A stretch of 64,000 nucleotides of DNA from Sphaerodactylus townsendi (Eukaryota): contig NC_059434.1 of assembly GCF_021028975.2 (NCBI RefSeq), positions 67,642,001 through 67,706,000 of the forward strand. Reading direction: 5' to 3'. A program made the position numbers and the translations under genes. Below are positions 12,301 to 23,161 of the stretch, piece after piece. Below the pieces are notes generated by a model. That model made no database searches, was not told the origin of the DNA, and saw only the letters and a list, made by a program, of their open reading frames with translations. Numbering within the stretch: the first letter of the stretch is position 1; each line of letters begins with the position of its first letter.

Positions 12301-15300
12301 CTATTGTTATTTCTGTTGTTCTTCCAGTGACAGCAGCAGCACTGACCTGGGCTGTGGTCTGGTCTATTGCACAACATGAGACTCTTCCCGGTGAGAATCT
12401 CTTTGGACTTTTGGTCCTTTTCTTTTCTGCTGTACTTGGTGGTAAAATCGTTGGGCAGATTAAATTACCCGGCATGCCTCCATTCCCACGTCTTTTTGGT
12501 GAGTGTTTTTTTCACTGTTTATCAGTATGTACACTTGATTTGCTGAAGCTATAATGTCTGGTAGGGTGGGATCCCGCCTGAAGCATTTGTGTGTGGAGGG
12601 GAGGTATTTTTCACTTGTTCTTCATGAGCATAATTGTGTGTGGGGGGGGCGGGTTGTGGGCTGGCATGGGTGAGGCAGGGAAGATTCACTTCCACAAGCT
12701 ATTGTGGGTTTCCCAGGCTGTGGGGTTTGGTAGTTTTTGCTCCCAACATTTCATCCAAATCTAAGGCTGGCATCTTCAGAGGCATGTCATGGTTACCAGA
12801 GCACGGCCGCATGGCCCAGGAAACCAACAACAGCCAGTGGTCTCCAACCGTGAAAGCCTTCAACGATACATTGCACTTCCACAGTTGAAATCCTTCCGAC
12901 AGCAGGAATTTGCAGTAGCCAAGGTCTACTAGTATGGATCCACGTTGCTAGAAGAATTTTCCATTGTGAGTCACTCCATGGTCCTGTTTTTGAAAGCTTC
13001 TAGAATGTTTCAGATTGTGTTCTGAGTCCGAGGAATTTATTTGTCCCAATCTTTTCATTTTACAGGGGGACAGTAGGAACATGCATGGCCTCAGTCGAGC
13101 TCCTGAGTTATAACAGCATTTGGNNNNNNNNNNNNNNNNNNNNNNNNNNNNNNNNNNNNNNNNNNNNNNNNNNNNNNNNNNNNNNNNNNNNNNNNNNNNN
13201 NNNNNNNNNNNNNNNNNNNNNNNNNNNNNNNNNNNNNNNNNNNNNNNNNNNNNNNNNNNNNNNNATCTTATATTTTGTGCATCATTTCTTTGTGTCTACT
13301 TGAGACAGTTATTTACTATTCAGCGCATTTATATGCCGCCTTCCTCTTTAAAAATGGGGAACAATTAAAAAATGCAGAAAAGAATTTTTGAGCTAAACAT
13401 CTAGGGTGGGAAATCAATCAAAACGACCTTTTGCCATTTGAAGAAAAGTCTTCAACTGGTGCCGCAGCAAGGGGATGACTCAGAGGATGGGGGAAAGAAT
13501 TCCAGAGAGCCAAGACAGCTGCTGAGAAGACCTCGGCACAGTTCCAACTAGATCAACCTCTGCCATTAGTGTCCATGCAGTAGCATCTCCTTGGCTGACC
13601 TTAGAGCAGTGATGGCGAACCTATGGCACTCCAGATGTTCATGGACTGCAATTCCCATCAGCCCCTGCCAGCATGGTCAATTGACCATGCTGGCAGGGGC
13701 TGATGGGAATTGTAGTTCTTGAACATCTGGAGTGCCATAGGTTCGCCACCATGGCCTTAGAGCATGGGCAGGTAGGCAGAGGCAGTCTTTGAACCCAAGT
13801 TCTGTAGAGCTTTGAAAGCCCAGAGACAAAGGCTCTTGGGGACTGAAAATGGCAATTGGGAAGATTATTCATAACTTCATTGTGATGCTAGGAGGTGGCG
13901 GGGGGAGGTGACAAGGACATAAGATTGAATGGCAGAGAAGTTCAGGAAATAGGGTGGTCCTGGTGTCTATGAGTCTGAACACTGATTATTCTACTGACTT
14001 GATCCACTGATTTTTTTCCAGTTTTGTTCTCATTATTACAATTCCTTTCAGTCAAGCTTTTGGTGCAGATTGGGGGTTTGGTACAGATTGGGGTGTGCAT
14101 GTGGTTTCACACTGAATTTAACACCACCTGACTTCACATTTTGCCTCCGTTTGTGATCTCAACAGCCAATAACATGTCTTTCTCCGTTCCTTTTTAGGAA
14201 TGCTTTTTGCTGGGTTTCTCATCAGAAACATCCCATACACCAGTGACTTAGTCAGGATCAATGTAAAATGGTCAGCAAATCTGAGGAATATGGCTCTCTC
14301 CATTATCTTGGCCCTTGCTGGGCTTGGCCTTGAACCAGAGGTGCAGTATCAACTTCACATTTTGCCTCCCTGCTCATTAGCTCTGAGCCAGAAGCCTGTG
14401 CTAGTTCAGGCTCTGTGGATTAAGCCGGCATCTCTCTGCGAGGCTCAGTTAACTCTTCCTCAGATAAGCTGTCAGCTACAGCAGGAGGGGCCATGACATG
14501 TATGCTCCATGCGAAGGAGACCACAAGTGCGTAAATGGCCTTTGATAGAGAAGAAAGTCAGGTTCAATTCATTGTACTGGCTGTAACTCCATTCCTTAGT
14601 GACACGGGCTACCCATGTAACTTTCCCAAAGAGCAGGTAATGCCCCCATCCATGGCTGTGTTGGATCCAGAAAATGGCAGGGGAGGGAGGCTGAAACCTA
14701 TTTTTCCCCACACCATGATCCCAGTCCAACTTACAATCCTGCACACTTGAAAATTAGTTCTTTCACAACTGACTGTTTCAGTAAAAGCCAGGAAAACCCT
14801 TACAAGTCATAAAATATAGTATGACCCACTATTAGAAAACTAGCCTGCTCTCGTGTGGGTGAGGAAAGCTGTTCAATAGGCATACCCACAGGCAAGGCAG
14901 GGATTTCTGCCTACAAAGGAAATGTCTCAGGATCACCAAAAAAAAATGATTTTATACATTTATGATTTTATACATTTATGAAAAGAATAAGGGAACAAAA
15001 ACCTCACTCTGATGAGGACTAAACATTCTCTAGATGGAATATTGAGAGCACTAGCGTGTCTGTTAAAGGAGAGGAGAGGTGGGCACTTAGCCTGCTCAAG
15101 CCCCCAAAAGTTTACAAAAGCCTCAAGCTTGGGGGGGGGGGATTTATCCACGCTCCCCCACCATGTGATTCTTTATGGGCCCTGTGCTTATGCTACTAAT
15201 TTCTCCATGTTTTTATCTTTCAGGCTCTGAATAAGTTAAAATTTGTCTGTTTCCGGCTAACCTTTGGGCCCTGTTTAACTGAAGCATGTGCGGCAGCTAT

Positions 15301-18300
15301 CGCATCCCATTTTATCATGCGCTTGCCATGGGCATGGGGATTTATGTTAGGGTAAGAGGTGACACTGGTTCTTCCTGCCAACTATTTCTTCTAGCATCAT
15401 TTACAGCCCCAGGCAAATTCCAGAGGCTTCAACATATAGTGCCTTCCTCTTTAGATTTGCGGTGGGGGTGTGTGTGTTTCAAGTATTCATAATAATCAGG
15501 AGGGAAGATGGAATGATATAGTCTGCTCTTGTCAGATCTTGGAAACTGAGCAGGGTCAGTACTTGCACGGAAGACCACCAAGGAAGGCTCTGCAGAGGAA
15601 GGCAATGATGACACCTACCCATGCTTCTCACTTGCCTTGAAACCACCATAAGTCTGTTCCAACTTGACAGCACTCATGTACATATCCATAATAATCAAGC
15701 ACATGGAAGCACCAACTTGTGTGCCTGGGTGCAATCAGAATATTTGTCGATATCCTTGAACCAACTCGGAGAACGAAACTGCTCAGAATGGTTCATAGAA
15801 TGTTGCCTGATGAATGGCAATGCAATGAAGTCACAGCCGCTCCCCTCTTTTTTTACTGCTTGGATAACAGAATTATCCAGAGCGAAAAAGGGGGGGGGGG
15901 AGACATTTCACTGTTCATAAATGAATTCCTGTTCTTCTCTTTTTACACCCAGTGTACTATTAGATTTGTTCTAGGTGCTGTTTCTCCTGCCGTTGTTGTC
16001 CTGTCGATGCTGATGTTGCAAGCACAAGGATACGGGGTTGAAAAGGGCATCCCCACCTTACTAATAGCAGCTGGCAGTTTGGATGATATTGTGGCCATCA
16101 CAGGCTTTAATATCTTCTTGGGCATGGCCTTCTCCAAAGGTAGCTTGGCTGTGTGTTGTCAAAGGCTTTCACTGCTATATTAACTGTCTGTTGTGGGTTT
16201 TCCAGGCTATGTGGAGGTGGTCTGGTGGTTTTAGCTTCAAATCAGAGGTGGGATCCAGCAGGTTCTCACAGGTTCCCGAGAGTAGGTTACTAATTATTTG
16301 TGTGTGCCGAGAGGGGGTTACTAATTGGTGATTTTGCCACGTGATTTTTGCCTTAATTACTCCCCTCCTCTCAGCAGTAGCGCGCAGAACTTGAAGCAGT
16401 CTAGCAGGAGGTGCACCGGCGTGCGTGGCAGCCTGCGCCTGCGTGCATTCGTTTCCTGCCCAAGGACCAGCACAGCAGCTGTGTCCTTGCCACAGCCCTG
16501 CCCAGAAATGCCCCATCCCTGGATTGCCTGGTCACGCCCCTGTCGTGCCCCGCTCAGCCCCATTGGCGCTACGCCACAGTTTGAATCCCACCACCACAGT
16601 CCAAGGATCTGCACTATGTCTCTGAAGTTACGTAGCTGTGGTAATCATTTTGTGACATCCATTTTGTTGCTGCACCCACCATGCCATGTCAGAATTCCAA
16701 ATGTTTCCACAGGCTCAAAACATTTGGGGAGTAGAGGCTCATGGGACAGAAGTGACCAGGCTCTTGGGAGTTGGTTCTGCCTTGCCTTCGGGATTGGATT
16801 TCATGCTGTTTTGATTTCTAGTCCTATGTCTTATCTTTTGCAAACCACACAGCACCCAAGTTAGCCAATATTTGGTCCATTTGCTCTGGCAATAGTCTGC
16901 CTGTTTTTATGAGTCACTAGCAAAGATGCTTTATGAAAGTCCATTTGAAATCTTGTCCTGTTGTGTTCCACCTTTCATAGGCTCCACCTTTTTCAGTCTA
17001 CTCTACGGTGTGCTACAGGTTGTGATTGGTGCCACGGCTGGGGGCGTTCTGGGACTTTTCATTTGTTATTTTCCAAGTCAAGATCAGGTAAACAAAAAAT
17101 AAAGCTGTTCAACATTATCAATGTAGATTTCTTGAAGCAGTAGTGGAAAATTCCTGAAAATGGAAACTCTAGTCCAGAATCTTGTCGAGAGAATGGCAAA
17201 TGTTCAGCGCTGCTGTTTCAAAAACAGTAACCCAACCTCCGTCTTTTTTCATCAGTAAGAGTCATTTGGGAAGATCTTGGCATTACGGCTTAGGGCTTTC
17301 TGTTCCCACTCAAAATAAAGGCCATTTTAAATGTAGAAAACACAGTTTTCTGTTTCAGTGGATTTCTCCTGCTGCAAAGTGATCATGGCTGATCAATCCA
17401 CCCTTTTGCACACCCATCACTTCCTTATTCTGTCTGTGCAGGGAGGAACTGCTGTTATGTGGGCAAGGAAAGCCAGCAGGAGCAAGGAACCCACTTTACA
17501 GCAGGAGAAATCCATCGCCTTTGTTTTGAATGGGAACAGTGTCCAGTGTGTAACAGACTTCCCTCTGTGATACACCTCTAAAGATGCCAGCCACAGATGC
17601 AGGCGAAACGTTAGGAACAAGATCCACCCAACCACGGCTACACAGCCCGGAAAACCCACCACAACCAGTATGTTTGAATTGACTTTAAATTGTATATGGT
17701 TTTATGACATTTTGATGGGATTAAATGTATGGAAGCTGCTCTGAGTCCAGCCTTTCCTGGGAAAGGGCAGGCATCAAGTTTAATGAAATCTCAGAAGCTA
17801 ACCATGGTTGTACAGTGGGCGGCTACCAAATAAGACCTGGGTTGCTATGCAGAGGAAGACACCGGCAAACCACCTTTGCTCGTCTCCTGCCTTGAAAACC
17901 CCATGAGGGATTGCAACTTGGCCGCACTTAATTATTATTAGATGTTTTCCTGCAGTTCCATCATTTTGGTGTATCTTTTCTAGTGATAAACACTGTTTTT
18001 AATAACCTTTGCCATTTTCTTCCATCAACCTAGGCATTTCTTGCTTGGAAGAGAGCATACTTTGTGATGGGCCTAGCTGTGTTTTCTGTTTTGGTCAGCA
18101 AATATTTGGGCTTTCCTGGATCTGGAGGGCTCTGTACGATTGTCTTATCAATTCTGGGTGGTTTGGCATGGTCAGAGGAGAAGGTGAGTGTTCACTGAAC
18201 AGCTGTAAGTCACCTCGATTCCAACTTGTGCGACAATTGCTACAGTTACTGGTTATTCTTGGCTCAGGTTAGATTGTTGCCCTGAACAAGACATCTGTGC

Positions 18301-21300
18301 ATGGAAGCGCACTACTGGACGTGCAGCCGATTGACGGTTACTTCTGCATCATGATATTCATTCAGTTAATTGACTGGATGTATCTCATGATGTGGCTGAA
18401 GAGGCATACCCCTCTTTGAAGTCAGAAGGTATTGCATATAAAGTGAATGGCATCAGTGAGGGCTAGTGAGAGCAAGCAGCAAGTTGAGCCAATAAATGAA
18501 TATATTCAATATGTATCAATATTTGGATTTTTAATAGTTCTAGTTTCAGCTCAGTTATTGTGCCCGGTACTGGTACGAAATTTTGTAAGCAATATGCCTT
18601 GTCTAAGGTAGAAATTCCAGCTGTGTTATAATGGTGTCTTTTGGCCTTGACATCTCTGAAATAAGATATTACCCTGGTAAATAATGGCTGCAACCCACTT
18701 TAAAGTTTATTGTAAACAAATGAATAACTTGATTGAGCTAATGAAAGTTGGATGCCTCAGAATTGAGGGCATGTACATTTGCCCCTTTCCTTCAGCACAA
18801 AGGCCTGCGCTGGTGTGGACAAGACCCAAACAATTCTTGTAATGTTGTTCATTTTTGTTCTGCAGAAAGAGGTGCAAGAAATTATTGCAGCTGCCTGGGA
18901 GCTTTTCCAGCCTTTTCTTTTTTCCTTAATTGGAGCTGAAATATCTATTGTTTCTATTAGCGCTAAAACCTTTGGTAAGCCTACTTGGAAGGTCAGTAGC
19001 ACTGAGTGAATCTGTGGCTTGCTTACTTTGGAAGGGTACAAATTAAGAATTTTCTTTCCTCCCAAGCTGAAACAGTGGGACCCTGGGGGTGGAGGCTAAA
19101 GTTCATATTCCCTCTACTTTTCAGGTGAATCTGACATACATACTTTTCAGTTAGGTGAGGCTGACATACATAGAATATCACAATGTGCTTTTGTCATAGA
19201 CAGTCTAGACCTGTGAAAGATACATGCAGTGGTGGGATTCAGCAGGTTTGCACCACTTTGGCAGAACCAGTTGTTAAAATGGTGCTTGTAAACAACCAGT
19301 TGTTAAATTATTTGAATCCCACCACTGGATACATGAATGTCACCCTCAGTGGTCTGCAACCTGTGGCTCTCCAGGTGTTCATGGACTACAAATCCCATCA
19401 GCCCCTGCCAGCATGGCCAATTGGGATTTGTAGTCCATGAACAGCTGGAGAGCCACAGGTTGCAGACCCCCTTGGGCCACTCCCTCCTGTCCTGCTTTAA
19501 AGTAAACAAAGTTAGGATAAAGGTACAAGTGGACCTGGAATTTCAGCTTCTGTGGATGAATGCCTAACTCTGGTCAAAATATCTTTTTTCTTTTTCTTTT
19601 GCAAAAAGAGATGCAAACATAGTTAACATTTCAAGATGCTCATAGTATGTTGAACAATATCTGGCCAGCTCTCCTGAGCAGTATTGTTCTGTCTCAGGCA
19701 TTTGATAAGGTCAAGTTTAGGGGCCACGGTTCCATAATGGTTAATAAGTACATTTCTCTGCTTCAGGGCTTTGCTTGGCCACAATGAGTGCTGCGTTACT
19801 AGCCCGGATGATTGCTGCTTTCTTGGTTGTGTCTTGTGCTGGTTTTAATTGCAAGGAGAAGCTGTTTATTGCGTTGGCGTGGATCCCCAAAGCAACTGTC
19901 CAGGTAAAGTACGCTTTATTAGCAGACCTGTGTTTCCTGCAAACCTACCTGTATACCATAATGTGACATGGAAAGATAACACTTACCATGTTTCCCCGAA
20001 AATAAGACCCTACCCCAAAAATAGGCCCTATCATGATTCTTCAGGATTTTTGGAGGAGGCTTAAAATATAAGTCCTACTCCAAAAATAAGCCCTACCGGT
20101 CACTACAGATCAGGATGGTGTGATCCAGCAGGGTGCTCCCTGCCAATGAGGATACAGTTTGCATCACACGTGTCGGGGAAGCAACAGGGTTGCTGAGAGC
20201 CGGCCTTAATGAACTGTTAAGGAACCATATTTCCCCGAAAATACGCCCTACCCCGAAAATAAGCCCTAATGCATCTTTTGGTGCAAAATTTAATATAAGA
20301 CCCTGTCTTATTTTCAGGGAAACATGGTAGACACTTGCAAGAAACAGGAGAACACAGAATGTTACCTCGCAGTGTACTCATTTCTTCCTGTATCACAGGT
20401 TTCTTCCTTCTTTTCTTTACTGCTTATCTTTCATCAGTATTCTTCACCAAACAGTAGAAGTACCAACATAATGATCCCGATCTACCAATGCCTTCTTCCT
20501 CCTTCCTCCCATAAAAAATCTGTTGATTCCTTTAACCATGTAATGGAATTATACTTGTAATAATGCCAATTGGAGTCTTTTGTATACAAGATTTGCAAAC
20601 ACTCTTTTACATATGAGCAAAGTTATAGTTCTTCATGAACATGAAGGGAAATTGGAGTCCCCTGTCATTTATTTAGACAACTTATGAGCCTACCTTTGTC
20701 CCCAACGTGGGGATCAAAGAAAGGTAACAATCAATAAACTGAGATATAATAAACTAAAAATAAAATTCTACCCATAGTATGCCCTATGTAAAGCCTTTTG
20801 AAAGAGCTGAGACTTAATAGCTTTCTAAAAACAAGGAAAAGGGGCTTTCCTCACATTCTTGAGAAGATCATTCTGCAGAATTGGAAGCACTACAGAAGAA
20901 TGGGATGTTGCCATCCATACCTGTGTTCACAAAAGAATGGAAAGCAGAGATTGATCAAAGGAACAACGTTGTCCCACAAGTTCCTAGAGGCAGATGTTCC
21001 TTCACTTAGGGAAAGGGTGGATCTCAAAAAGATTCCAAAGATCCTGAGCTTGCCAAAGAAAGACTCATGGCACCAACAACTGGGCAATGTCACCTGAACC
21101 CAAACAACAGCCTTACGAACGAGCATCACCTCTATCCAATCAGGATTCAGTTTCAGCTGGTTCTCCCTCAACTACTTGACCACAGTGGTCAGGACAAACA
21201 TAGGTGACTCTGGAAGACCATTCAAAGAAATATATAGCTGGATCTTGCTTAAATACTAAATAGAATGGAAGACAACACTGAATTCTGGCGAGCTCCTCAG

Positions 21301-23161
21301 AATAAACCTCAGCTTACAGATTCTTCCTTGCCCGTCGCCATTTTTGGAACATGGCTCAATCAACTGCTTCAGAGCAGTACCTTTAATTCCTGCTGCTGAA
21401 CCACACTACCATAAAGCATGATCCACTGCATGTCAAAAGGTTTCAGAGAAATTCAGCAGAGGGGCATGCCTCTGAAGGCACACGTGCCATCCACCAACAC
21501 TACTAGGATAGTCTGTGTCTCAAACCAGGATAAAAACCAGATTGAAAAGGATGAAAGGCAGGTGAGGTCAGGCTGTGCCTCAGTGGAAGGACCTCTGCTT
21601 TGCATTGAGAAGGTCCCGGGTTCAATCCCCAGCACCTCCATTTCAAAGGACCAGGCTGTGAGTGATGTGAAAGGCCTCAGACGGAGACCCTGCCGCTCTG
21701 AGCAGACAGTACTGACCTTAATGGATGAACGGTCAGATTCAGTGTAAGACAGCTTCATGTCCCAGGCTTCATCCAGGCGCACCTGGAGTTGCTATGTTAC
21801 TGCTCGCTTAATCATTTTCCTGAGAAATAGTAAATGTGGGAATGAGCCTATAATTAGACAAGATGTTTCTCTACAGAGCGCTCTTCCAAAAGTGGGCAAA
21901 TCACTGCCTCGTATGGAGGCTTTGGAAAACCCCCTTCAAAAGATGAAATTTCTTTTAATACCTCTTGGCAACGTTTCAGAAGCCAAGAGGGACAAGGGTC
22001 TACGCTACAGGTGATAGCTTTCCCAGACCTTTGTCAACCTCGTACAACAATATGAAACTTAAATGATCCATTAATGACCAAGAGTACTCCAGACACGTCA
22101 GTGTTTGTATGCGTGCGTTGCCAAGTCGCAACTGACTTATGGTGACCCCAGCAAGGGGCTTTCAAGAAGTGAGAAGGAGAGGTGGTTTGTCATCACTTTC
22201 CTCTGTAAAATCTTCCTTAGTAGTCTCCCGTTCAAGTACCGACCCTACTTCGCTTCCAAAATCTGACAAGATTGGCCTATCAGCACAGGTGTCAAACTCA
22301 TGGCCCTCCAGATGTTATGGACTACAGTTCCCATCATTCCCTGCCCAGGGGATGATGGGAACTGTAGTCCATAACATCTGGAGGGCCACAAGTTTGACAC
22401 CTATGGATAGTATTCTGCATGTTCTTCCTCTGACAAGTCTACTCACTGCCAAAAAAAATCATTTAAAATTATTTTAAAAATTAGAGAATGCTTTCTGTCT
22501 GGCTTAATTCAGTGTCTCTAGAAAACTACTTAGGTACCATCCTTATGGAAAGAAACTTGGTACACTGCTGGGGAAGATGGCCTCTCTGAATGTTTTTCTG
22601 TGTGCTTCTTGTTTGTCAAGCATGATATGTGGCGCAAATTAAAGAAGACATTCTTGACTAATCTATTGTTATGGTTAACCAAATAAACCATTTTCTAAGT
22701 CTGTAGGAAGCACTGAAATGTCGACTGGTACAAAGAGGTTCTGTTATGCTCATGGAAATCCTTTCTGTTAGCAGACATCATCACTGGATCCCAGCTGCAG
22801 GGGGGTTGTCTGCTACCGTGTTCAAGCTTTGAAGAATGAGGTGTTTGTCCTTGTTTGTCCTCTGGGCAGCAACAAGAAGTTGCACTTCAAATTAAAATTA
22901 AATATCTCTTTCCTTCACTTGTAGGCTGCAATTGGCTCTGTTGCCTTAGACGCGGTACGAGGTGGTCCTGATCTACAGCTAGAGGAATATGGCCTGAATA
23001 TCCTGACAATAGCCTTCTTGGCAATCCTGATCACAGCTCCAACTGGAGCTATACTGATTGGCCTGTTGGGCCCCAGACTTCTCCAGAAGACCAGTCTAGA
23101 CCATGGAGATGATTACAGACCCAAAAAAGAAAGACCTGTGGAAACCTCTAGTCCAACATAG
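9196..23161 (+). CDS. SLC9B1: SLC9B family (NHA) Na+/H+ antiporter, multi-exon. Positional SLC9B1 (next to CISD2); sequence is NHA2/SLC9B2-like. Exons: 9196-9367, 12328-12498, 14198-14340, 15224-15351, 15964-16139, 16981-17087, 18034-18183, 18866-18974, 19767-19903, 22925-23161
   Basis: All exons have AG/GT boundaries with compatible phases and splice into one open frame (~522 aa with exon 5784-5822). Motifs: CPPKG, WAVVWSI, GFLIRNIP, GAVSPAVVV, GSLDDIVAITGF (DD ion site), GFPGSGGL, FQPFLF-LIGAE, AWIPKATVQAAIG, LLGPRLLQK; stop TAG 23159-23161. The family call is firm; SLC9B1 versus SLC9B2-like rests on synteny only. Confidence 0.93.
9781..9921. mobile_element. Palindromic MITE (GGCCCCTTCCGCACAT termini); a second copy at 29570-35361 is split by the ERV
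   Basis: Long TIRs ggccccttccgcacatccagaataatgcactttcaa / ttgaaagtgcattattctggatgtgtggaaggggcc. Confidence 0.8.
12328..12498 (+). CDS. SLC9B1: SLC9B exon (TAAALTWAVVWSI...PPFPRLF)
   Basis: TTCCAG acceptor, G|GTGAGT donor, NHA2 homology. Confidence 0.92.
13124..13264. other. Assembly gap (N run)
   Basis: 141 N. Confidence 1.
13607..13754. mobile_element. Palindromic hAT MITE
   Basis: TIR CAGTGATGGCGAACCT; perfect 8-bp TSD CCTTAGAG. Confidence 0.88.
14198..14340 (+). CDS. SLC9B1: SLC9B exon (MLFAGFLIRNIP...AGLGLEPE)
   Basis: TTTTAG acceptor, GAG|GT donor, NHA2 homology. Confidence 0.92.
15224..15351 (+). CDS. SLC9B1: SLC9B exon (ALNKLK...LPWAWGFML)
   Basis: TTTCAG acceptor, GG|GTAAGA donor. 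Confidence 0.92.
15964..16139 (+). CDS. SLC9B1: SLC9B exon (FVLGAVSPAVVV...GSLDDIVAITGF...FSK)
   Basis: Contains the DD ion-binding motif; TTAG acceptor, AAG|GTAGCT donor. Confidence 0.93.
16981..17087 (+). CDS. SLC9B1: SLC9B exon (STFFSLL...YFPSQDQ)
   Basis: TCATAG acceptor, CAG|GTAAAC donor. Confidence 0.92.
18034..18183 (+). CDS. SLC9B1: SLC9B exon (AFLAWKR...GFPGSGGLCT...WSEEK)
   Basis: CCTAG acceptor, AAG|GTGAGT donor. Confidence 0.92.
18866..18974 (+). CDS. SLC9B1: SLC9B exon (KEVQEII...LIGAEIS...KTF)
   Basis: TGCAG acceptor, G|GTAAGC donor. Confidence 0.92.
19227..19327. mobile_element. hAT MITE (CAGTGGTGGGATTCA TIR); related longer copy ~16243-16596
   Basis: Perfect TIR and 8-bp TSD GATACATG. 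Confidence 0.88.
19347..19473. mobile_element. Palindromic hAT-type MITE
   Basis: ggtctgcaacctgtggctctccag / ctggagagccacaggttgcagacc. Confidence 0.75.
19767..19903 (+). CDS. SLC9B1: SLC9B exon (LCLAT...AWIPKATVQ)
   Basis: TTCAG acceptor, CAG|GTAAAG donor. Confidence 0.93.
19986..20327. mobile_element. Tc1/mariner-pogo type MITE (same TIR family as 631-860)
   Basis: TA-CCATGTTTCCCCGAAAATAAGAC...GTCTTATTTTCAGGGAAACATGG-TA; internal aaaataagccctac subrepeats. Confidence 0.8.
20780..21200 (-). mobile_element. Old L2-type LINE fragment
   Basis: NQLKLNPD--EVM motif, otherwise decayed. Confidence 0.5.
21571..21757 (+). mobile_element. tRNA-derived SINE (tRNA-like head with CR1-like tail)
   Basis: ggctgtgcctcagtgg...gaaggtcccgggttcaatccccagcacctcca followed by a non-tRNA body. 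Confidence 0.65.
22284..22405. mobile_element. Palindromic hAT-type MITE
   Basis: aggtgtcaaact..ggccctccagatgttatggactacagttcccatca and its inverted copy. Confidence 0.75.
22925..23161 (+). CDS. SLC9B1: SLC9B last coding exon (AAIGSVALD...LLGPRLLQK...SSPT*)
   Basis: TGTAG acceptor, in-frame TAG at 23159-23161. Confidence 0.92.
   Translation, partial: AAIGSVALDAVRGGPDLQLEEYGLNILTIAFLAILITAPTGAILIGLLGPRLLQKTSLDHGDDYRPKKERPVETSSPT

Noticed and set aside
21571-21640. tRNA gene
   Set aside because: Degenerate cloverleaf that continues into a SINE body; a retroposon head.
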